From a virus: 18,759 nucleotides of DNA. A model generated the notes under the pieces. That model was given only the letters and a program-made list of their open reading frames with translations. It was not told the DNA's origin and ran no database searches. The stretch lies in the IMG/VR virus record IMGVR_UViG_3300045988_116487; one strand, written 5' to 3'. Positions within the stretch are counted from its first letter, which is position 1, and every line of letters begins with the position of its first letter. Made by a program: the position numbers and the translations under genes. This document shows positions 1 to 6,365 of the stretch, in pieces.

Positions 1-99
1 AATGTGCGGCACGCGACCGTTCACCTTGCGCGACTTGACCCGCATTGCTGATTTCTTCGATGTGAGCGTCGATTTCCTTCTTGGTCGTTCTGATTATGC
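1..99. repeat. Terminal direct repeat, copy 1 (identical to 18661-18759); most likely circular-assembly overlap
   Basis: All 99 nt (aatgtgcggcacgcgaccg...tctgattatgc) recur exactly at the last 99 nt of the window. The repeat coincides precisely with both window ends, and an ORF plus its RBS are only complete when the ends are joined. Confidence 0.9.
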
Positions 100-121
100 G
101 AAACCGTTGGAGGTGGCGTGA
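2..121 (+). CDS. 39-aa remnant of an XRE/Cro-CI-type HTH regulator (C-terminal part only)
   Basis: ATG at 2, TGA at 119-121. Translation is MCGTRPFTLRDLTRIADFFDVSVDFLLGRSDYAKPLEVA. The ADFFDVSVDFLLGRSD motif is the typical C-terminal helix of XRE-family phage regulators, and the DNA-reading helices are absent. In the circular continuation an in-frame TAG (18653-18655) forbids a longer N-terminus. AGGAGG lies at 18654-18659, only 2 nt from the ATG. Confidence 0.45.
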   Translation: MCGTRPFTLRDLTRIADFFDVSVDFLLGRSDYAKPLEVA

Positions 122-318
122 TGGCTGGCGTGGAACGTGTGGCGGTGCATGTAAGCCGTCTGGCGCATTGTCCCGCCGTGTTCTTCGTTGAGTTCTCGCG
201 TGCCGGTTCGGTGGGGAACCTCGTTGTTCCTCTGGATCGTTCCGAGGCCGAAGCGTTGCGCGACGAGCTTGGCGAAGCGCTGTCGGGCCGGATTACGGAG
301 GCCCCGGATGTTAGTTGA
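121..318 (+). CDS. Hypothetical small early protein (65 aa)
   Basis: ATG 121 overlaps the upstream TGA (TGATG). The ORF is open to TGA 316-318. No recognisable motif. Weak resemblance to the 1260-1454 product (PxxFxVxF...E.LR...L). Confidence 0.55.
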   Translation: MAGVERVAVHVSRLAHCPAVFFVEFSRAGSVGNLVVPLDRSEAEALRDELGEALSGRITEAPDVS

Positions 319-916
319 TGGTTTTAATGATCTCCACGGGTTCAGGGCATCCGTCCCAGACGATGGTGAATTTGATGGGGTAATGGGCTTTGCCGTCCCC
401 GTCCTCCACGTGTCCGTCAAAGAACGCGGTGCCGCCTTGTTGACGCTCCTCTCGCAGTTTCGGCAGTCCAATGTTGAAGAAGTGGACGTCGGGCAGCCCC
501 CATGGTTCGCTATCGGTTCTTCCGAGATAGTTGTTCCATGTGTTCGTGTAGGTTCCCTCGACCGCTTCGGCAAACACGGAGATGTTGCGCGCGGGGCCTC
601 CGATGTTGGTAAGGACGAAGCGCGACCCGCTTTCGTCGATGTCGATTCTGAACTTGGGCGGCATGGGTGGCTTGCGAGTTGCCGGCGTTGTTGCTGGAAA
701 CATGGCGTCTATTTCGTCATTCGTGATTGGCGTCGCAGGCCCTTCCGCTGGTGTTTCCTTCCGGGACGCTTTGCTAACGAGGCCAATAAGTTTTTTGACG
801 ATGAACGCGCCCGCCCCACCGATGATTGTCAATATTGCGCAAATCGCCATGACCCAGTTCGGGTCACCCATGTCGATGTTTTGAAACCAATTCGTAATTC
901 CATTCATGACGTTCAA
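311..916 (-). CDS. Membrane-anchored protein (201 aa), antisense to the early operon; candidate lysogeny-expressed moron or superinfection-exclusion factor
   Basis: The minus-strand ORF has a protein-like composition and one N-terminal hydrophobic helix (WVMAICAILTIIGGAGAFIVKKLIGLV), then a Pro/Thr linker and a globular domain. The overlapping plus-strand ORF 188-949 is Arg/Cys/Trp-rich and looks like a shadow ORF. No clear SD, so the start is uncertain (M1, M4 or M16). Confidence 0.65.
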   Translation of the reverse strand: MNVMNGITNWFQNIDMGDPNWVMAICAILTIIGGAGAFIVKKLIGLVSKASRKETPAEGPATPITNDEIDAMFPATTPATRKPPMPPKFRIDIDESGSRFVLTNIGGPARNISVFAEAVEGTYTNTWNNYLGRTDSEPWGLPDVHFFNIGLPKLREERQQGGTAFFDGHVEDGDGKAHYPIKFTIVWDGCPEPVEIIKTIN

Positions 917-936
917 TCTACAACCGGAGGTGTCTC

Positions 937-1146
937 GTGCCGTATCTGAAGCCTGAGTCCACCAGCGACACGTTTGACGTGTTTTGCAGGGTGACCGATG
1001 GTGGCAATCCTTATCGTTTCCATGTCCTCGCGGACATCCGTGGGCAGTTGTTGGACGTGGATGGGTTGTCGATGGGTGAGTTGGTGACGGTCAATCGTGA
1101 GATTGCCAGGGCCATCAGGGAGGCGAAGCATGCGCGCCATCTGTAG
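937..1146 (+). CDS. Hypothetical small protein (69 aa)
   Basis: GTG start at 937 with GGAGG at 926-930 (6-nt spacer). Stop TAG at 1144-1146. No family recognised. Confidence 0.6.
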   Translation: MPYLKPESTSDTFDVFCRVTDGGNPYRFHVLADIRGQLLDVDGLSMGELVTVNREIARAIREAKHARHL

Positions 1147-1276
1147 GACCGTGCTACGTGGCCTGTGCGTCGTGGCTGTGTTGCCGTCGGTGCTGCTGGC
1201 GGTTGGTTTGTGCGCGTTCTGGCGGTGGCTGTGGGACGACGATGACGAGAGGAGTCGGTATGGGTACGGCTACTAG
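1130..1276 (+). CDS. Possible 48-aa single-pass membrane peptide (too short for the ORF track)
   Basis: ATG 1130 is preceded by GGGAGG (1118-1123, 6-nt spacer). My translation is MRAICRTVLRGLCVVAVLPSVLLAVGLCAFWRWLWDDDDERSRYGYGY, with stop TAG at 1274-1276. It overlaps both neighbours by 17 nt, consistent with coupled translation. Confidence 0.3.
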   Translation: MRAICRTVLRGLCVVAVLPSVLLAVGLCAFWRWLWDDDDERSRYGYGY

Positions 1277-1454
1277 GGTCTGCGTGGATAATTACGAGGC
1301 CTATCCGGGTATCTTCCGTGTGTCGTTCGACTCCGGTGATGTTCGCGCGGCGGTGGTGCTGACCCGCCCGCAGTTGGAGCAGTTGCGCTCGTGCGTGACT
1401 GATTCGTTGGCTCATGACGATGCGGTGCGGCGAAGACGCGGCGGCGATCTGTGA
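1260..1454 (+). CDS. Hypothetical small protein (64 aa)
   Basis: Internal ATG of ORF 1158-1454 with GAGAGGAG at 1247-1254 (5-nt spacer). The Cys/Arg-rich N-terminal extension of the tracked ORF looks non-coding. Confidence 0.5.
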   Translation: MGTATRVCVDNYEAYPGIFRVSFDSGDVRAAVVLTRPQLEQLRSCVTDSLAHDDAVRRRRGGDL

Positions 1455-1871
1455 CGGCTTGCGCCGTCGATAACCGAATATGCCTTTGACCACGCCGACC
1501 GTCGGTTGCGTGCGAGGCGTGATGAAGCACCCGGCCGCGCCTTGCCCAGCGCGTTACAAACACACCACGTGTGGCGTGGTGGTTGAAGCGTCCCTAGCGG
1601 GGAGGCGTGCGGGTTGCAGCTAAACGCACGTGTCGTGTTCCCAGGGACGAAAGCGGCACCATCGGCCCCATGCGTGGGGTGGCACGTGCGTTGACCTTCG
1701 TCGCGGCATTGTGCCGCTGACCATATGCGCCGGCCTTGGCTCCATGCCGAAATGCTTTGCATGTGGGAACCCTTCGGAAATTCAGGAATCTTCGGATTCT
1801 TGTTTTTCCGCTTAGGGTTCCCCGCTCTAACCTTCCACCATCCGAAATCTACAAACGATTCATTCAGAGAC

Positions 1872-1888
1872 TTATCCACTTATCCACA
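1872..1888 (+). promoter_or_regulatory. Two tandem DnaA-box-like 9-mers (TTATCCACT, TTATCCACA)
   Basis: The sequence cTTATCCACTTATCCACAaac lies 22 nt upstream of ATG 1910. The second 9-mer equals the classical DnaA-box consensus TTATCCACA. A third 8/9 copy lies in reverse orientation at 1283-1291 (cgtggataa). Confidence 0.3.
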
Positions 1889-1909
1889 AACGAGATTGGG
1901 GGCAACATC

Positions 1910-2269
1910 ATGGGCTATGCGGTTGATTACATTCCTACCAGCGAGCAGAAGCGCAGAAAGGTGAAGAAGAAGTACCGTCGAGAGCATGTGACCAGCAAGG
2001 CCATCAGGGCGAAGGACATGAAGAAGGCGGTGAAATGGAATCTACCCAGGCTTGAGTACGACACCACCGGAGCGGATACCGTGGATCGTTCCATCGCCAT
2101 CAGGATTCTCCACTTGGATTGCATCAGCCGTGACACCGACCCGGACGGCGACCATGCCATGCAGCAGTTGGTGAGCGAGGGCATCGTGTCGAAGCCGAAG
2201 CGTGTGGGTGGCCGTCAGGTGTTCGACCGCGCCGACCTGATCCAGTCGTTGAAGGCGTGGACTCGTTGA
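1910..2269 (+). CDS. Basic DNA-binding-like protein (119 aa) with Xis/MerR-like C-terminus
   Basis: ATG 1910 is the first Met after the non-coding region. The N-terminus is Lys/Arg-rich (KRRKVKKKYRREH). The C-terminal SKPKRVGGRQVFDRADLIQSLKAW resembles the wing/recognition end of excisionase-family HTH_17 domains. The stop overlaps the next start (ATGA). Confidence 0.7.
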   Translation: MGYAVDYIPTSEQKRRKVKKKYRREHVTSKAIRAKDMKKAVKWNLPRLEYDTTGADTVDRSIAIRILHLDCISRDTDPDGDHAMQQLVSEGIVSKPKRVGGRQVFDRADLIQSLKAWTR

Positions 2270-2448
2270 TGGCGGGCAAGTATCTGACCACGGCTCAGGC
2301 GGCGGAATACTTGGGAGTGAGCACCCGCACGATGCGCAGGTGGCGAAGCCGCAACATCGGTCCCGCGTATGTTAGGTATTCAGACCGCACGTGCAGGTAT
2401 CCGCTGGGAGGCTTGGAAAGGTTCAGGGCGGATCATGCCGCGCGTTGA
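2269..2448 (+). CDS. Excisionase-family (HTH_17/MerR-like) DNA-binding protein, 59 aa
   Basis: MAGKYLTTAQAAEYLGVSTRTMRRWRSRNIGPAYVRYSDRTCRYPLGGLERF is a textbook Xis/AlpA-type helix-turn-helix pattern. ATG 2269 overlaps the upstream TGA. Confidence 0.8.
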   Translation: MAGKYLTTAQAAEYLGVSTRTMRRWRSRNIGPAYVRYSDRTCRYPLGGLERFRADHAAR

Positions 2449-3208
2449 CCATCGTTTGAGGGTGCCGCCCGCGATAAGCGCGGAAGTGGTGGCACGGTAC
2501 GGCAACGACTGTTGGCTGGACATGCCGGGATGCACGAAGGTGGGCGACACGTCCGACCATATCGTTCCCCACGTGTTCGGCGGTCCCACTATCGTCAAGA
2601 ATCTGCGGCGGGCGTGCAGGCATTGCAACGGCTTGCGGCGTGAACGCATACTATCCGGTTGGCCTAGCGTGATCCACGCGGTCATCGGTCCGCCATGCGC
2701 GGGCAAGACCACGTGGGCGTTGGAGCACATGCAGCCGGGCGACATCATCGTGGATTACGACCGGTTGGCGGACGCGCTCATGCCGGGCATGCCGGACGAT
2801 ACGCCCGTGCCCGACGCGGTGCGTGACCTCGTGGCCGGGGCATGGCAGGGAGCCTATCGCAACGCGGTCACGCTGGCCAAACCCGTGAGCCTGTGGCTGG
2901 TCAAGGTCATGCCCGGCACACAGCGAAGCCCGCGCCTATTGGACGAATGGCTGGCGTTGGACTACGACATACACGTGTGTGATCCTGGCAAGCCCGTGGT
3001 GGTGGAGCGGCTGGAGGAACTGAAGGCCGGACGGCGTGAGCTGGCCAGCATGCGCCAGTGGTACAGGAGCGGCATCACCCAGGCAGGCATAGACTCAAGG
3101 CAGAAGGCGAGGCGCGCGAGGCTCGCGAGCCTTGGCCTACGCGATGGCGAACCAACCACGCCAGTCGTGGCCTCTTCGCCGCCGGTTCGGGCGCGGCCTC
3201 GCTGGTAG
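2435..3208 (+). CDS. HNH endonuclease fused to a P-loop NTPase/kinase-like domain (257 aa)
   Basis: HNH motif DHIVPHVFGGPTIVKNLRRACRHCN sits in the first ~70 aa. It is followed by Walker A GPPCAGKTT and a ~150-aa domain. The position just upstream of the terminase genes is typical of HNH proteins in cos-type phages. ATG 2435 was chosen inside tracked ORF 2369-3208. Confidence 0.85.
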   Translation: MPRVDHRLRVPPAISAEVVARYGNDCWLDMPGCTKVGDTSDHIVPHVFGGPTIVKNLRRACRHCNGLRRERILSGWPSVIHAVIGPPCAGKTTWALEHMQPGDIIVDYDRLADALMPGMPDDTPVPDAVRDLVAGAWQGAYRNAVTLAKPVSLWLVKVMPGTQRSPRLLDEWLALDYDIHVCDPGKPVVVERLEELKAGRRELASMRQWYRSGITQAGIDSRQKARRARLASLGLRDGEPTTPVVASSPPVRARPRW

Positions 3209-3221
3209 CCGCCCGTTTTTT
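3188..3221 (+). terminator. Putative rho-independent terminator after the HNH gene
   Basis: GC-rich stem cgggcg(c)g / ccgcccg with one bulge and a 13-nt loop, followed by TTTTTT (3216-3221). It overlaps the stop codon at 3206-3208. Confidence 0.45.
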
Positions 3222-3376
3222 AAGCCGCAATGCACCACCGATACCCCGCGCCCACCGTTTTCTTATCCCCACAAACCAAATAAAAAAGCCCGAAAACAGG
3301 GACGGAACCCACGAGTTCGGACTGATTCGTTAGCCAATTAGGGAATCTACAACAATTTTGGTTTGGAGGCAACAAC

Positions 3377-3688
3377 ATGGGTGAGTTCCATGGACTCGAC
3401 GGCATGGAGGACGCCGGAATCGTCAAGGGGCCGCAGGAAAAAGCGACCGAGAAGTTCATCAACAGGTTCAGGGAAGGCAAGGCGGACAACGCCATGGCCG
3501 ATTTCCTGTATTCGAGCATGCTGAGCATCGCGCGCAACATCGACGCGCAGAACAACCGTGGCCGCGAGATAAGCCGCAACATGACCTCCCTGCTCGGCTA
3601 CATCCAACAGCTCGAAACCATCTACCCGTCCACACCTTCCCAGACTGACGACAGGCTGGAGGAACTCATGGCGGCGATGGCGAGATGA
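3377..3688 (+). CDS. Putative terminase small subunit (103 aa)
   Basis: GGAGG at 3365-3369 and ATG at 3377. It is a small acidic/helical protein immediately upstream of TerL and translationally coupled to it (ATGA). The call rests on position and size, not on a motif. Confidence 0.65.
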   Translation: MGEFHGLDGMEDAGIVKGPQEKATEKFINRFREGKADNAMADFLYSSMLSIARNIDAQNNRGREISRNMTSLLGYIQQLETIYPSTPSQTDDRLEELMAAMAR

Positions 3689-5151
3689 GCGTCAAACCCA
3701 CCCCCAGCCTCAAACCACGCTACGCGACCCCGCGCAACCTTGCGCGTCCGACCGATGGCGGCAAGGAAGCCCGCATAGCCGAAGCGTTGGGCACCCCGTT
3801 CTTGCCATGGCAGCGCATGGTTTCCGACGTGTTCGGTGAGATAGACCCCGACACCGGCACCTACTATTACGACACTTTGGTGCTCACCGTGCAACGGCAG
3901 GCCGGGAAAACCACGCGCGAGCGGGCGACCGAAACCCGCAACGCGTTGTGGGGGCCGAACCGTCGTGTGTGGTATCTGGCGCAGACCGGCAAGGACGCAT
4001 CCCAGCAGTTCCGCGAGTACATCACCGGTTTCGACAAGTCTCCGCTGGCTCCGTTGGCCGCTTCCAAGCGCATGAGCAACGGCAGCATGTGCCTCACGTT
4101 GAAGAACGGCAGCACGATACAGCCGGGCGGCACGACCGACAGTGGCGGCCACGGCTTCCAGGGTGATTCGCTGACGTTGGATGAATGCTGGGCGCTGCCA
4201 GCCGACAAGGCCAAGGCGATCCTGGACGGTTTCCTTCCCACGACCACCACGCGTTTGAAGCTTACCGGCGTACGGCCACGGCTCACGTTCTGTTCGACCG
4301 AGGGCACGGCGGAATCCACGTTTTTCAATCCGAAGCTTGACGAGTTGCGGGCGATGATGGACGCGGGCGAACCCATGGGACGAACCTGCTTCTTCGATTT
4401 CGGTATACCGTTCGGCAGTGATCCCGAAGACTTGGACAACATTTGGGCGCATCATCCCGGTGCCGGGCATTTGTTCGACTACGACCAGTTGGCCGATTTC
4501 CGCCGTCAGTTCAGCCAGGACGCGGCGGGTTGGGCGCGTGCCTTCGGCAACTTGCGGGATTCGGGAATCATCGACCGTGCGATAGACCCGCAACTGTGGC
4601 AGTCCACCAGCGCCAACGCTATAGATCCGGCTGAGGCCACCGGGCGCGTGTGTTTCGGCGTGGCCGTGGCCATGGGAGGCATCGGCACCGCGATAGTCGC
4701 ATGCATCGAGACCGAGGCCGTGCCCCTGTTGCAGGTCGTGGACGTGTTGCCGGGAACCGGCAGCGCGCCGGAACGATTGAGGGAATTGCAGGAACGCTAT
4801 CACGCGCCCATCTGCATCGACATGCGTGGGCCGTCCGCGGCGTTGGCCGACCGGTTGCGTTTGAGCTTGGATGAATGGGGCATAGCCCGTTACGAGCTTG
4901 TGGATATGAGGGCGGCTGACGCGGTGACCGCGCCGCAGGCGTTCATGAGCGCGTTGGATCAGCACGCGGTGAATCACGCGCCCGATTCAGACATGGATCG
5001 TGAGGCGGGTTTGGCCGGTAAGCGCATGAGTGGTGACGCTTGGCTGTGGAACAGGGCTGAGGGCGTGAACGCGCCGACCATCGAGGCCGCGACGCTCGCC
5101 CTGTGGGGATTGACGCACATGCCCGACGACACACCGCCCGGAGTGTACTAA
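3685..5151 (+). CDS. terL: Terminase large subunit (488 aa)
   Basis: Walker A-like QRQAGKTT and Walker B-like SLTLDECW are present, with a C-terminal nuclease-size domain. The position is canonical, between TerS and portal. Confidence 0.95.
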   Translation: MSVKPTPSLKPRYATPRNLARPTDGGKEARIAEALGTPFLPWQRMVSDVFGEIDPDTGTYYYDTLVLTVQRQAGKTTRERATETRNALWGPNRRVWYLAQTGKDASQQFREYITGFDKSPLAPLAASKRMSNGSMCLTLKNGSTIQPGGTTDSGGHGFQGDSLTLDECWALPADKAKAILDGFLPTTTTRLKLTGVRPRLTFCSTEGTAESTFFNPKLDELRAMMDAGEPMGRTCFFDFGIPFGSDPEDLDNIWAHHPGAGHLFDYDQLADFRRQFSQDAAGWARAFGNLRDSGIIDRAIDPQLWQSTSANAIDPAEATGRVCFGVAVAMGGIGTAIVACIETEAVPLLQVVDVLPGTGSAPERLRELQERYHAPICIDMRGPSAALADRLRLSLDEWGIARYELVDMRAADAVTAPQAFMSALDQHAVNHAPDSDMDREAGLAGKRMSGDAWLWNRAEGVNAPTIEAATLALWGLTHMPDDTPPGVY

Positions 5152-5167
5152 AACGTGGCCGACGTGT

Positions 5168-5203
5168 CCGCTTATGGCCGCTATGGCCGCTTATGGCCGC
5201 TAT
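5168..5203. repeat. Short tandem repeat CCGCT(T)ATGG x3.5 in the terL-portal gap
   Basis: Units are ccgcttatgg, ccgctatgg, ccgcttatgg and ccgctat, followed by a T5 run. Seen directly in the sequence. Confidence 0.8.
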
Positions 5204-5222
5204 TTTTTGGCGTGGCGCTGCC

Positions 5223-6365
5223 ATGCCGCGCATCATGTCCGGCATGAGCATACGAGAGATGATGGCGAACATGTGGGGCGCGGTGAAGCGTTCCGCCAAT
5301 CGCGTGTCAAGCGTGGCGACCGCGCCGTTCCGCCGTCCGGCCGGGCGTGACCCGTTGAACATGTCGGTCGTGTTCCGAGGCGTGCAGATATTGCAGACCG
5401 CAGTCAGCGGCTTGCCCGTGCGCCAGTTGCGGCATGGCATGGCCGTGGAACCCGCGCGGATCGTGGAACGCCCGGACCCCGACACGTGGCGGGCGGACTT
5501 CATCAGCGAAACCGTCATGGGCTTGGCGTTGAACGGCAACGCGTTCTGGCTGAGGTTGAAGGGCGTGGACGGCTCAACCATCGGCTTGCGGAATCTGCCG
5601 CCAGCGTTGGTGAGCGTTTCCGACGCTCGCGGCGACATCGCCAACCCCGACAAGCGCTATTGGTACATGGGGCGCGAATACACGTCAAACGACATCATTC
5701 ATCTCAGATTCTTGAAGGTGCCGGGACGGTTGCGCGGCATGGGGCCCATCGAGGCGGCGCGCGAGGAGATCGAGGGAGCCATCGACGCGCGCGATTACAA
5801 ATCAAGGTATTTTTCCGAGGGCACGCATCCCACGGGCATCATCAGCACCGCGAAGCCGTTGAACGACGAAGTGGCCGAGAAGGTCAAGGAAAGTTTCAAG
5901 CGCAACGTCGATGACGTGAAGGTGCTCACCGGCGACCTGAAATACACCCAGCTGGCGCTGAGTCCCAAGGACATGCAGTTTCTGGAGACGCAGCAGTTCG
6001 ACACCACGCAGATAGCCCGCCTGTTGGGCATCCCCGCTTCGCTCATGCTCGCGGCGGTGGAAGGCTCGAACCTCACCTACAGCAATATCGAACAGGAATG
6101 GATACAGTTCGCGGACTTCACTCTTGAAGCCTACGCGCAGCCCATCGAACTCGCGTTGGGTGAGGTGCTGCCGCGCGGCACCAGCGTGGAACTCGACTGG
6201 GACAGCATGCGCCGAAGCGACACGAAGACCAAGGCCGAAACCTACCAGATTCTCATAGCGTGCAACGTGCTCACCGTAGATGAGGCGCGCGCCATGGAAG
6301 GCAGGCCACCACTACCCGCCGCACCAACCCCGCAACCATCGAACGACTTGGAGGAAACCGAATGA
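5223..6365 (+). CDS. Portal protein, HK97-type (about 380 aa; start ambiguous)
   Basis: Portal-typical motifs are present (NGNAFWLRL, FLETQQFDTTQIARLLGIPASLM). In-frame start candidates are 5193, 5223 and 5244, and none has a strong SD. The stop overlaps the next gene (ATGA at 6362). Confidence 0.9.
   Translation: MPRIMSGMSIREMMANMWGAVKRSANRVSSVATAPFRRPAGRDPLNMSVVFRGVQILQTAVSGLPVRQLRHGMAVEPARIVERPDPDTWRADFISETVMGLALNGNAFWLRLKGVDGSTIGLRNLPPALVSVSDARGDIANPDKRYWYMGREYTSNDIIHLRFLKVPGRLRGMGPIEAAREEIEGAIDARDYKSRYFSEGTHPTGIISTAKPLNDEVAEKVKESFKRNVDDVKVLTGDLKYTQLALSPKDMQFLETQQFDTTQIARLLGIPASLMLAAVEGSNLTYSNIEQEWIQFADFTLEAYAQPIELALGEVLPRGTSVELDWDSMRRSDTKTKAETYQILIACNVLTVDEARAMEGRPPLPAAPTPQPSNDLEETE

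Noticed and set aside
1-99. 99-bp terminal repeats as attL/attR or physical terminal redundancy of a linear genome
   Set aside because: The repeat coincides exactly with the window ends. It lies inside a small ORF rather than next to the recombinases. A separate tRNA-type attP exists at 17.66-17.71 kb. An assembly overlap of a circular molecule is the simpler reading. A true short direct terminal repeat cannot be excluded without read data.
1412-1879. 155-aa minus-strand ORF in the non-coding region, as a possible hidden repressor gene
   Set aside because: The translation is Arg/Ser/Pro/Cys/His-rich with no HTH pattern and no RBS, and it spans several strong hairpins. Judged non-coding, although a short N-terminal peptide cannot be excluded.
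3622-4977. 451-aa ORF on the minus strand, opposite the large terminase. Similar long antisense ORFs occur at 10435-11862, 10485-11771, 11930-12700, 12540-13193, 13025-13567 and 9496-10143.
   Set aside because: Their translations are Arg/Gly/His/Pro-rich with no motifs, and they lie opposite genes with clear family signatures (terminase, tape measure, minor tail). These are typical high-GC shadow ORFs.
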